DNA from: Octopus bimaculoides
Taxonomy: Eukaryota
Direction of reading: 5' to 3'
Length of the DNA: 46,306 bases
NCBI RefSeq assembly: GCF_001194135.2
Contig: NC_068996.1
Coordinates: 36,875,724 to 36,922,029 of the forward strand
Shown here: piece after piece, positions 13,445-25,339 of the stretch
Position numbering within the stretch: position 1 is the first letter of the stretch
How the letters are laid out: every line of letters starts with the position of its first letter
Notes under the pieces: model-generated
The model's database searches: none
Seen by the model: only the letters and a program-made list of their open reading frames with translations
What the model was told of the DNA's origin: nothing
Position numbers and translations under genes: made by a program

Positions 13445-13850
13445 TGCTGGTGTGGCTGTGTAATAAAAAGTTTGCTTCCCAACCAAATGGTTCCAGGTTC
13501 AGTGTCACTGTATAGAACCTTGACTAATTGTCTTCTAGCGTAGCCTCTGACCAACCAAAGTCCTGTGAGTGGATTCAGTAGACGGAAACTGAAAGAACCC
13601 ATTGTGCATTTGCACGCACATGCATGTGTGTGTGTCATTGTGATCATGTTTGTCCCCCATCACCACTTGACAACCGGTGTTGGCTTATTTACATCCCTGT
13701 AACTTAGCTCTTTGGCAAAAGAAACCAATAGAATAAGTATCAGGCTTTGAAAAGGAAAAAAAGTATTGAAGTCGATTTGTGTGACTAAAGTTCTTCAAGG
13801 CAAAACCCCAGCATGGTAGTAGTCTAATGAATGAAGCAAGTAAATTATAA
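13445..13850 (+). mobile_element. SINE-A, long form
   Basis: gtggctgtgt...ggttccaggttcagtg...ggaaactgaaagaa, then a GT run, cttgacaaccggtgttggc...taacttagc, and a tail ending gtaaa...aaagataag. Confidence 0.75.
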
Positions 13851-14240
13851 AAGATAAGATAACAGCAGATAAAACATTAATAGCTTTTTCTCAAATCATG
13901 TCATGTACAACCTCTCACCTCCCCCACACCATCCCCATGACCACCATCAACACCACCATTTGCTTGAAGTCTGTAGAGCATTAGATAATGATCAGATCTG
14001 AAACATCCACTTGGTTCTGGAGATGGACCATGGTCTTTGCAATGCAGTTTTAGTAGAAAATTCTACCTCAACAAATTCCACGTGAGCATGGAAAAAAAAA
14101 GAGGATAAAGATTATTCCCAAGTTATACAGACCCCTAGGGCCAGTTTCCTGATTTCCGTGATGTATATATTCCCCACTTGAATGAGATGCTGATCCTTTG
14201 CAAGATTTACTCATTTTTAAAGGCTGAATAGACTGGAGCT

Positions 14241-14462
14241 AAGGCGGTGAGCTGGCAGAAACGTTAGCACACTGGGTAAAATGCTTAGCAGTATTTTGTC
14301 TGTCTTTTGTTCTGAGTTCAAATTCTGCCAAGGTCGACTTTGCCTTTCATCCTTTCGGGGTCGATAAAAAAAATACCAGTTGTGTACAGGGGTCAATCTA
14401 ATCAACTGGCCCCCCTCTCCAAAAATTTCAGGCCTTGTGCCAAGAGGAGAAAAAAAAAAAAA
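14241..14462 (+). mobile_element. SINE-B, near full length
   Basis: aaggcggtgagctggcagaa (A-box-like) ... gagttcaaattc (B-box) ... gtcgactttgcctttcatcctttcggggtcgataaa ... aaatttcaggccttgtgcc + poly(A). Confidence 0.85.
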
Positions 14463-15999
14463 TTAGTGAAATGAAGGTTAAGGTAAATATAAAAGTTTTT
14501 TAGTTTTCTTTGTGGCTAGAGAGGGTAAAGTACATGAAGAGTTTCTTTAATGTGTAGTTATCATGTAATTTTGTTGTTGACTACAAATTATAGATTACCA
14601 TATCTCCACTGATAAATGTGCTAAGGGATCCATTTATGGAAGCCATACATATATGGCAAGTGGTGTTAACTCTGCGTGTGAGGAGTTAAAGAGAAGAGAG
14701 AGGAGGGAAATTTTGTGAAATAGGACCTTAGTATGAAGACAGTGTTTAATTAAAGTTTAACAGTAAACCCTTCTACCATTTATAAGGTAATTAACATGAT
14801 AAATTCTCACTTTGTTGTACAGAGATACCACTAGCAAGGTGAGAATCAGCAATAACTTCAGTGAAGAATTTAGTGTGTAGGGAAATGTACATCAGAGTAT
14901 ATAACAGTTCCACTGCTATTCATTATAGGTCATCAGGAAGTAATTGAGGAGTTTAAGATTGGCTATTAGTGGGAAATTTTCTTGTAGAATCTGTCAAAGA
15001 ATTAGAGAATAGATTTCAAATGGAAACAAATCCAGAGGCTGAAGTAAAATTAGCCAAGACAAAAACATTATTAGGTTGTCAGATAAAATTCATGCTTGTT
15101 TTTTCTACTTTGGCACTCTGTGTTCATATATCTGAAAATTTCAAAAATGATAAACAAAAGAAAAAAACTCAATAAAACCCTATGATTAAAAATATTTTTT
15201 TATATTAATTCAAATAACCTTGGAAAGAATTAAAATAAATGGGAAAAAAAAATGAACAAATTTAGTGGTTATGCAGATAGGGAATTGGTAAGAATTCCAT
15301 ATGGTGTACCCAATGTAAAATATAGCAACTCTAGTGTTGTTGTGGGATCACAAGCAAGCTGATATAGAAATCAAATTTTATATGTTGCAAAGGTATAAGA
15401 ATAAGAGATCCTACGAAATAAATTTCTTCCAAATGTTTAAAAAGTCTCCTGATGAGAATGCACTTGGATATTGATATTTTAAAACCTCTGATAGCCATTA
15501 ATAGTGTTAAAATATTTCATTTCAAGTGCAAATATACTTTCCAAATGATTGATTATCCAAATAGATTTGAAACTGACAAATAGAAATATGTGTTGACACA
15601 CTTCAGTTTTAACATAGCAAAATAATCTGAGTTTCTTTTTTCATACAGATTTAAGAAAATTCAGTATTCATGACATAGTCATGTACACATGCATTTATCA
15701 CATACATGCATAAATACACACAAGCACAAAGGCACACACACACACACAAACACGTGCGCGTGTGCACATGTATGTATGTGTGTGTATTATTTAATGTACA
15801 CAGTTATGAGCTGCTACTACTAGTTTCATGCAATTGGGGATGTGTCACCAGTTGCATGAAATTATTAGTAGCTCATAACTGTAGACTGTGTACATTAAAC
15901 AATATTTATCTCTCACTGGATGGAGTACATTTTTTGTTGATTTTACCTTGGCAGAAAAGTAAACTATATGCATACATTTTTTTTATATATAGTCAGGCC

Positions 16000-17050
16000 T
16001 ATCCCCCATTTTTGTAGGAGGGGTTAGCCATAGCAAGAAACACACCAGGCATTCCATTCATTTCCCAACTAAAAGAGGTGAGCCCCGTTCTATGCTTGGG
16101 TCAAGGCATAGAATGCAACCCCTAATATTAACAGTGGGGCCCGACAGCATATGCTGGTTTACCTCTGCTGTATCATGCTAGTTCCATACTCATTTGAGCA
16201 ACATCAAATTCACTCATCCGTCCACAAACACTCTCCAATCTTTCCTTTCATTTATAAACTCTCTTGCCTCTCTCACTCCAACACCTCTAACTACCAAAAC
16301 TTTCCTCACTCCATCCATCCATCCAAGCAAACCAAGGTTTGCCTCTGGTTCTGCTGCCTACTACTTCTGCCTTCATCACCCTCCCAGCCATTCACTCCTC
16401 ATCCATCCTCTCCATGTGGCCAAACCACCTCAACATCCGTCTATCCATTCTGGTACATATTTTTACTCTCATTCCTGCTTGCCTTCACACCTCCTCATGT
16501 CTCATCCTGTCCATCCGTGTCATACCAACCATAACCCTCAAACCTCTCATCTCAAACACATCTAGTCACCTCCTTTCTGCCTCTCTCAGATGTTACGTCT
16601 CTGCACCATATAATATTTTTGGCACAATTACACCCTCATACACACCTCTTTGTGCTTTCATAATCAACATTTTATCTCTTAGTATACCTTTCACAACACT
16701 AAGTATCTTACTCCCCTCCCTCACTCTATATCCCACTTCTTCAGCCAACCCCACCATCCGCCATCACATGTGATCCCAGATACTGAAAAACATTCTCCTC
16801 CTCTAATGTCTCACCATTTATACTCACATCCATCGTACCAGCCATTCCATCTCTCGAACATCTCATCTCCTTACTCTTAGCTATATTCCTTTCAGTTTCC
16901 TCCTCTCACACACTCTTCCAAACTCTACCACCAGTCTCCTCAGTTGCTCTTCTGAATCCACCACCAGTGCTGCCATTTCTCTCCAATTTCTCCCAGCATT
17001 TGGGCTTCCTTACCAAAGGTTCTAGCATTTACCTCTCTCACCACACCATC
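16000..17050 (-). mobile_element. Degenerate RTE-clade LINE, RT C-terminal region and 3' UTR
   Basis: The minus strand translates approximately ...VIVPKILYGAET*HLREAERR*LDVFEMRGLRVMVGMTRMDRMRHEEV*...MLRWFGHMERMDEE, an RTE RT C-terminal signature with stops. Confidence 0.85.
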
Positions 17051-17062
17051 TTTCAGTTTCTG

Positions 17063-17190
17063 TCTACCAAATCCACTCACAAGGCTATGGTCGACCTAAG
17101 GCTATACTAGAAGACACTTGCCAAAGGTTCCACACAGTGGGACTGAACCCAGAACCATGTGGTTGTTAAGCAAGCTTCTTACCACACAAA
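17063..17190 (-). mobile_element. SINE-A
   Basis: ctttcagtttc...ccaaatccactcacaaggc...gaagacacttgccaaaggt...gggactgaacccagaaccatgt. Confidence 0.8.
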
Positions 17191-17644
17191 CACACATGCA
17201 AACACACACACATGCACACACACACATGCACGCACACACACATGCACACACACACACACATGCACACACACACACACACAGAGTTAAATATAACTTTATC
17301 ATCATCATCATCATCATCATCATCATTGAATGTCCATATTCCATACTGGCATGGGTTGGACTATATCATATACATATATTTTCATAAGGTTGAACTGTTA
17401 ATCCCTACACATTGTTTTCTCTTTCCATTTTCTCTCATTCTCTCTCCATTTTTTACCTCTCATTCCTTTCTGTCAAAGAGTGTAGGCTTGAAATGTCAAA
17501 GACTTTTCCTTTCTTCCTGTGCGTCAAACCAATACACCTGCTTGTTGTTCTCTCACCTGTCCTCGTCTTTCATTTTCTGTAAATTTGAACTATATATATA
17601 TATATATATATATATAGTCATTTTCATAGCATTTTTGGTTGTCT

Positions 17645-17707
17645 TAATAACTGATGAGATGCCGGAGCAGATTTCCGCCCTGACATCTGAAACTCGGAGT
17701 TTTATTA
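17645..17707 (+). ncRNA. Candidate type I hammerhead ribozyme (non-canonical stem II base)
   Basis: TAATAA-CTGATGA-GATG...CATC-T-GAAA-CTCGGAG-TT-TTATTA: stem I, core and stem III are present, with one extra U before GAAA. Confidence 0.45.
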
Positions 17708-17769
17708 TGGCAACTGAATTATTGTCACATATTATATCACAGATATATATATATATATATTGTTTTTAT

Positions 17770-18170
17770 TCTTTTATTCTTTTACTTGTTTCAGTCATTT
17801 GACTGGACCATGCTGAAGCACTGCCTTTAGTTGAGCAAATCGACCCCAGGACTTATTCTTTGTAACCTAGTACTTACCTTATTGGTCTGTTTTGCTGAAC
17901 CACTAAGTTACAGGGACATAAACACACCAACATCGATTGTCAAGCAATGGTGGGGGGACAAACACTGACACACACACACAAATATATACGGATATATATA
18001 TATATATATACAATGGGCTTCATTCAGTTTTTGTCTACCAAATCCTCTCACAAGGCTTTGGTTTGACCAAGGTTATAGTGGAAGACACTTGCCCAAGGTA
18101 CCACGCAGTGGGACTAAACCCAGCACCATCTGGTTGGGAAGCAGGCTTCTTCCCATACAGCCATTCCTGC
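17770..18170 (-). mobile_element. SINE-A, long form
   Basis: Reverse complement of the 13445-13850 type, including tail (tttacttgtttcagtcatttgact) and head (gggactaaaccc...cccatacagcca). Confidence 0.8.
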
Positions 18171-18230
18171 ACCTATATATATGTGTGTGTATATATATAT
18201 ACACACGCACGCACATATATNNNNNNNNNN

Positions 18231-18299
<69 letters not shown>

Positions 18300-18657
18300 A
18301 GAGGAATAACCACTAAGGTGGCTTCCTAATATGCTAGAATAAGGCACCGAATCATCTTACCATGAAGAATGTGTTCTCAAGAAATTTCAGTAAACGCCAG
18401 AATGTAAAATGAGCAAGACAAATGAAAAGATACAAAATTTCGGATTTTTTAAAGTAGACTAGGCTACTGGTTTAAATTGATATTAATTTCTACCCTCATT
18501 ATTTAACTTTACATATATAGAAGGTCGTTTGTTATGACCAGTCAGAGAGGGGCCATTGAACCCAGAACCATGTAGTTAGAAAGCAAGCTTCTTATCACTC
18601 AACCACAAAGAATTAAAGCTCTTGGAATCTTGGTGTTCTGTGACATAAATGGCTTAA

Positions 18658-18864
18658 CCCTTTAGCGTTCAGATTAATTTGGCAAAAATAATCCTTATTT
18701 ATTCACATTTAAAAAAATTTATCTGATATTATTTTGTAGCTTCAAGATAGGAAAGATGTAATTGCTTATTTTCAGAATGACATTGCAGGGTAGGTGTGAG
18801 ATGCTGGTTCTGGCCAGTTTGAGCATAAAATGTGTAGAATATTTGGGCTGGATACACTAAAGGG
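18658..18864. mobile_element. piggyBac-like MITE with TTAA target-site duplication
   Basis: TTAA(18654-57)-CCCTTTAG ... CTAAAGGG-TTAA(18865-68). The internal sequence matches the 4150/5270/5493 family. Confidence 0.85.
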
Positions 18865-20160
18865 TTAAACACCAACAAAACTAAATCCAAGAAACTTACC
18901 AGCTGCCTAATCACCTACAACTCAAGGCAGATAGATTATATATGCATGAGGGAATGGGATGGAGCACCAGGCCACAGATTGTGAATGCTTAGTCTTTACC
19001 TGGTGAAAGAACTTCACTGATAGACTCAGTGACATAAAACAAAATGGAGACAGAAGGTATGGGAACCTACAAAAAATTACTGAGTTAAAAATCACATAGG
19101 TTCAATAAAAGTATTAGTTGACCTGCATGATGACAATGAGCCAGAGATGGAGAGTAATAATGTAAGGGACAACTGGAAGTTTTTATGAGGCATCTTGCTG
19201 CAAGTGACATACCAGATCTGAAGTTAGATTGAGGCTTCAGCTGGGACATTGCTCTAACTGGAGATCTGGACCTCACAAAGAATAAAGCAAACGAACCCTA
19301 AAAGTGGTAAGGTACCATTCTGGAGTATACCTGTCTAACCCATGTGAACATGGGAAAAAGGAAGTAAAATGGTAGTAGTGGTGGTGGTGGTGACAATGGT
19401 GGTGGTAACAGTGGTGGTAGTGGCAGCAGTTGTGATTGGGGTGGGGGTGTTGGTGGGGGGGTATTGGTGGTGGTGGTGGTGGTGGCAGTGGTGGTGACGT
19501 TGATGATGGCAGCAGCTATGAACACAATAAAATTCAGTCAATAATCACAAACAGACACACATCTAGTCTTCTTGAGTGTTCTTGATTTAATGAGGGAAAA
19601 ATATTAAAATTATCAATAACATTGCATTCAATACTGTTTTGGTTGCTTTCATACATATATTTCCATTACTTTCAGTGGTGAAATCATTTCAAATGTGATT
19701 CATTTTTAATATCTTTGTATTGAAAAGAAAGATTTGGTCTAAGGCTTATGGAGTTCCAATATATAAAAGAAAGGAGATTTAATGTAATATCAGCTTAGAA
19801 TTATGTAATGTTAGATAAGAATTCTGCTACTTGAGTTCTTTGAGATTACATTGAAGAAAATTCCTAACAGCATTGCTAAGGATTATATATGTTATTTACC
19901 GTATAATAATATAGCTGCATCACAAATATATTTCAACAAATAGGAGCATAAACCAAGTGGGGATGCTTCTAAGTGATTACTCAACCTGCTAGAAATAGCA
20001 CCCAAGTTACCCTCAAATCAAAACTCCATCATCTTTAAACAAGGATGGTTATATTATTTAATATAGTTCTATATATCTTCAATGAGATTATTACAGCTGG
20101 AATGCTTATCATAAATCTGCTTTTTATCAAAGTTACCTTGAAGATAAAAACAAAACAAGC

Positions 20161-20302
20161 ACATGTGGCTGTGTGGTAAGAAGCTTACTTCCCGACCACA
20201 TGGTTCTGGGCTCAGTCCCACTGTGTGGCACCTTGGGCAAGTGTCTTCTATGTAGCCTCAGGCCAACCAAAGCCTTGTGAGTGGATTTGGTTGATGGAAA
20301 CT
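20161..20302 (+). mobile_element. SINE-A, truncated by assembly gap
   Basis: gtggctgtgtggtaagaagc...gggctcagtcccactgtgtggcaccttgggcaagtgtcttct...ggaaact, then Ns. Confidence 0.85.
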
Positions 20303-21120
20303 NNNNNNNNNNNNNNNNNNNNNNNNNNNNNNNNNNNNNNNNNNNNNNNNNNNNNNNNNNNNNNNNNNNNNNNNNNNNNNNNNNNNNNNNNNNNNNNNNN
20401 NNNNNNNNNNNNNNNNNNNNNNNNNNNNNNNNNNNNNNNNNNNNNNNNNNNNNNNNNNNNNNNNNNNNNNNNNNNNNNNNNNNNNNNNNNNNNNNNNNNN
20501 NNNNNNNNNNNNNNNNNNNNNNNNNNNNNNNNNNNNNNNNNNNNNNNNNNNNNNNNNNNNNNNNNNNNNNNNNNNNNNNNNNNNNNNNNNNNNNNNNNNN
20601 NNNNNNNNNNNNNNNNNNNNNNNNNNNNNNNNNNNNNNNNNNNNNNNNNNNNNNNNNNNNNNNNNNNNNNNNNNNNNNNNNNNNNNNNNNNNNNNNNNNN
20701 NNNNNNNNNNNNNNNNNNNNNNNNNNNNNNNNNNNNNNNNNNNNNNNNNNNNNNNNNNNNNNNNNNNNNNNNNNNNNNNNNNNNNNNNNNNNNNNNNNNN
20801 NNNNNNNNNNNNNNNNNNNNNNNNNNNNNNNNNNNNNNNNNNNNNNNNNNNNNNNNNNNNNNNNNNNNNNNNNNNNNNNNNNNNNNNNNNNNNNNNNNNN
20901 NNNNNNNNNNNNNNNNNNNNNNNNNNNNNNNNNNNNNNNNNNNNNNNNNNNNNNNNNNNNNNNNNNCCTGATGTAGCCATCTGGTTTCACCAGTCCTCAG
21001 TCAAATCGTCCAACCCATGCTAGCATGGAAGGCAGACGTTAAACGATGATGATGATGATGATATATATAATATTAGGGACAAAATCCAAAATTACAGGTA
21101 AAAACTATATATTTATATAT

Positions 21121-21477
21121 ATAAAGTAGTTGTATACTGTCAACTTAATGTGACAGTCTATTTAGCCCTAGGAAGCAGCACCACCTCCTGTCAGCCTTGA
21201 CACATTTCCTGTGTCCTTATGTTTACAAGAGGGAGATAAGCACCTCCACTCAGCTAAGCCAGCATCCAGAGACTAGTTTCTGAGTCATTGCTCATCTTCA
21301 GTCTGGAGTAGCATGGCCTGCTAGTTGGAGATACCTATCTAGCCCTAGTAAACATAAGGACACAGGAAATGTGTCAAGGCTGACAGGAAGCGATTCTGCT
21401 TCCTAGGGCTGAATAGCAGTAGTATTATTCCCTTCATAGGACTGTCACATTAATTTGACAGCATACAACTACTTTAT
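21121..21477. repeat. Fold-back (long inverted repeat) element
   Basis: 21186-21226 is the exact reverse complement of 21348-21388 (41 bp). The outer arms 21121-21158 and 21440-21477 are near-perfect. Confidence 0.92.
21265..21307 (-). ncRNA. Minimal type I hammerhead ribozyme motif
   Basis: Minus strand reads TCCAGA-CTGAAGA-TGAG-caatga-CTCA-GAAA-CTAG-TC^-TCTGGA: 6-bp stem I, CUGAnGA core, 4-bp stem II, GAAA, palindromic stem III and a GUC triplet. This is the architecture described for minimal Penelope-associated hammerheads. Confidence 0.8.
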
Positions 21478-21547
21478 CGTATCACTACTGCATAAATCTC
21501 TCTGAGAGATTTAGAAATGTATTATTTATATAAATATNNNNNNNNNN

Positions 21548-22838
21548 TGTTTTTGGAGAAATAATTGGTTTCGTATTTTCTTTTCAAATTTCTCTACCTG
21601 TATCATAACATGTCTTCACTATGGTGTAAAATATGGAGTTCTAGATATAGAAAGGTAATCAGGGATTTTTTCCGGTATAAGAGAGATAATCAAAAATTTT
21701 GGGGATGATAGGGTTTGATTAATTAAACATGATTTGGTTTAGAAGGAATAGAATGTTACAAGTGGTTAGGTTTTACTTTATATTTTTTTCAATGAGGTGA
21801 GTTTCCTTATTTAAAAATGTTAGAAATAGTTAAGTTTTGGCTTATATTTTTCAATGGAGAAGGTTTCCTTATTTAATCTAATTTGTGTTGGTGTTGCAAT
21901 GGTTCATTGATAGAATGGAAAAATTATAAATTGTGGTAGCATTTGTTTTGCGCATTTCTCAATATGTTCACTAAAGGGTATCATTCTGTATTCTGGGAAT
22001 GCAATCTGCTGTCGATGCAGAGTCCATCTGCGTCTGAGCGATAATCCCATGGACCCTATATAGTGTTGGTGGCAGCCCGAGCATCTTATGACATAAATCA
22101 GGTTTTCTGAAGCACAATTAAAGTCAGATTTGATTTTGAATTTTTGTCCCTCTTTGAAAAGGAATTCTGATCCTTCTAGAAAGTTTGGGCATGTTGCGCA
22201 ATTTGGTCGACCACATATTTTCACTTTTGCATCTGTTATTTTGGAAAATAATTTTGCCTTTGTGAGGATCTTTTTTAGTGATTTTGGTTGTTTGTAGCTT
22301 TTAATATGTATGTGTAAGATTTCCTTTAATTTGCGGTCCTTATGTAGCATTGGTAAATTTTGGGTGATGATGGTGAAGGCTTCTTTGTTTCTGGGGTTGT
22401 ATGTGGATATGTATGGCAATATTTTTGGGGAAGGTGTGTTGCTGCATTGAACTTTTCTTAAGTTTTCTATGTCGATTTGTGTTGCACGTCTGATTTCATC
22501 GTCTATGAGTTGAATTGGGTAGTGTCTGTCAATTAGGGTATTTTTGAGTTCTTGCAGTCTAAAGTCTCTGGTATTTTGTTCTGACACTATTGTGCATATC
22601 CTCCTTGCAAGGTTGAAGTGGATGTTTGTTTTGGTGTGTCTTGGGTGGCATGAATCAAATAGTAGATATTGTTTGGCGTCTGTGGTTAAACTCCTTAATT
22701 TCAAAAGACTATTGAACAGCGTCAACCCAAACATGCAGTTCACAATGGAATACAACCAAAAGGAGCTCCCATTCTCGGATATACTAATTAAAAAAAATAA
22801 ACCTAAAAATAGAAACGGACATATTTTACAAAACCACA
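21548..22838 (-). mobile_element. Penelope-like retroelement, 5'-truncated, with inverted 5' segment (22688-22838)
   Basis: Minus strand 21904-22687 encodes TTDAKQYLLFDSCHPRHTK...CGRPNCATCP...NLIYVIRCSGCHQHYIG (thumb + GIY-YIG endonuclease). Plus strand 22688-22838 encodes the preceding RT stretch FKRLLNSVNPNMQFTMEYNQKELPFSDILI...IETDIFYKTT. Confidence 0.9.
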
Positions 22839-22994
22839 TTCTGAGTTCAAATTCCACCGAGGTCGACGTTACCTTTCATCCTTTCAGGGTTGATTGAATA
22901 AGTACCAGTTATGCATTGGGGTCGATGTAATCGACTTAATCCCCTTGTCAGTCCTTGTTTGTTTCCTCTGTGTTTAGACCCTTGTGGGCAATAA
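22839..22994 (+). mobile_element. SINE-B 3' portion with alternative tail ...CCCTTGTGGGCAATAA
   Basis: ttctgagttcaaattcc..gaggtcgac..acctttcatcctttcagggttgat...aagtaccag...ggggtcgatgtaatcgact, then a tail unlike that of 14241-14462. Confidence 0.8.
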
Positions 22995-23079
22995 TTTTGT
23001 CTTATGTAGACTGAAGTTGTCTGGTATTTGTAAAAGTTTGGCAATAATTATATAACATAACTTTTATAATTCTCTCTTT

Positions 23080-23467
23080 TACTTTTTTCACTTGGTTCAG
23101 TTGTAAGAGTGTGGCCTTGCTGGAGCACCACCTTTGAAGAACTTGTGTTGAATGACTTGACACCAGTTTTTATTATGTTTTTCTTACATTCTTACACCTG
23201 GTACTTGTTCTATTGGTCTCTTTTGCTGAACTACTAAGTGACAAGGATGTAAACACACCGACACCGGTTGTCAAGTGGTGGTGGTGATGGTTTGACAAGC
23301 ACAGACACAAAGACACACACACACTGCAAAACTCTAAGTCACATAGAACCAAATGAAACTGCTTTAAAGAATGCATGTGTATGTGTGTGTATGCATGTGT
23401 GTGTATGTGTGTGTGTATATGTATGTATGTACATATGTATGTATGTATGTATGTATGTATCTATCTA

Positions 23468-23502
<35 letters not shown>

Positions 23503-23680
23503 GCGCGTGCACACACACACATAATAGGCTTCTTTCAGTTTCCGTCTACCAAATCCACTCAAAAGCTTTTGGTCAGCCTGCGGCTATAGTAGAAGTCACT
23601 TGTCTAAGTTGCCATACAGTGGGACTGAACCTGGAACCATGTGGTTGGGAAGCAAACTTCTCACGACACAGCCATGGCTG
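23080..23680 (-). mobile_element. SINE-A long form split by microsatellite
   Basis: Tail and body at 23080-23330, a compound GT/TA run, then the head at 23525-23680. Confidence 0.7.
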
Positions 23681-23783
23681 TGCGCAACTGTCAAAACATT
23701 TACTCCAGAGTGGACTAAATTTAAAATCTTCCCAGAAATTCTGAAATCCAATGAGAGTAGGAATGGTAGTTTTGAATATATGG

Positions 23784-23911
23784 TCATGTGATGGAGTTTC
23801 GAATATTTACTCATGTGATCCAGTTTCAAATACATATAGTCATGTGATCCAGTTTCAGATATATATAGTCATGTATCCATTTCAAGATATAGGGTCAAGT
23901 GAACCAGTTTC
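23784..23911. repeat. Minisatellite, five ~27-29 bp units (TCATGTGATCCAGTTTC...)
   Basis: Units start at ~23784, 23811, 23840, 23869 and 23895. Confidence 0.85.
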
Positions 23912-24461
23912 TTTCCTCAACACCATCTATTTAAATTTTTTTTCAGCCATTTCCTCATCCACAGCTGTATACTACTTGTATGACTGATTAAAACAATTAT
24001 TCCATTGTCAGCACATTCGACTCAGTCATTTGTCTTTAGCCATGAAATATAAACAGGTGTCGCATCACTCCAAGTGTTCTGGATATTAGTCAGGCTATTT
24101 TGTTAAGCAGTTTAAGGGAGTATTATATTGTCAGGTTACTTGGTATTTTTCACTGAGTTCAGATTGTCCATGCTTTCCAGGAGCCTTCCAGTTTGGCAGC
24201 TTCCTAATGATATTGTTTACTTAACTTTTCAATATTTGAAAGCCAACTTTCATTAATTGTTCTCAGGAGAGCCATATTGTTCTTGTTGCATATATATATA
24301 TAGTGCTACACAATAATATCAACATCGCTCTGACAATATCCTTTTCAATTAGCTAAGTGTTGTTACTTGCCATTCTTAACACCCTATGATACATACATTT
24401 ATGCATACATTCATACATCCATCCACACATGCATACATACATACATGTATGTATATATGTG

Positions 24462-24493
<32 letters not shown>

Positions 24494-24701
24494 GAGGATA
24501 AAACTTTTTTTTTAAATTTTATCAGTGGCCAGCATATAAAATGAAACCGATTAAGGTGAAAATTATATGTATAGTTATAATAAGGGCTTAGAAATAAATT
24601 TTCTAGCCATATGCTGAGAAAAAGATGCTAAATCATTTCACCACTCAAAGAATACATACATATACACATTGTTACATACATACATATATACACACATGCA
24701 T

Positions 24702-24735
<34 letters not shown>

Positions 24736-25339
24736 GTGTGCTCCTCTAAATGTGGTTTTGTGGCATGAAGCAAAGCAGGCCTAGCCATCCACTCAAGAAA
24801 ACACATAGTAAATAATCCACAAGCACTGAAGCAAACTGAGTTCTCAACTTATTCCTTTTGCCAAAAGGTTTGCAAGGCACCAGCAGGCCTCAAGAGACAC
24901 ATTCGTGTGTCAATGTTTTATTTTACTGAATTCTCATTTGTTACTCATGACAAGAGAATCCATCATCATCATATATATATGTATGTTTGTATATATAGTT
25001 TCTGGCATGAATGTATGGTTAAGAAGTTTGCTTGCCTGTTATGTGATTTTAGTTTTTAGTACCTTCTACAAGTGTCTTGGGCTCATCAAAACCTCATGAG
25101 TTGTGAGCAAATTTGGCAGACAGAAACTGAAAGAAGATCAGTGTCAGTATGTATGTATATATGTGTGTGTGTGTGTGTGTGTGTATATAAAAATAAAATT
25201 CAGAAAATGGAGGTGTAGCATTAATAGAATTTTATTAACTGCAGAAATCCAACATATTCTCATACAGCTGTTCCAATTTTGCCCAAAGATTAAATTACAA
25301 TAATTAAATCATTGTATTGGGCAAAATCTGAGTCTGTTG

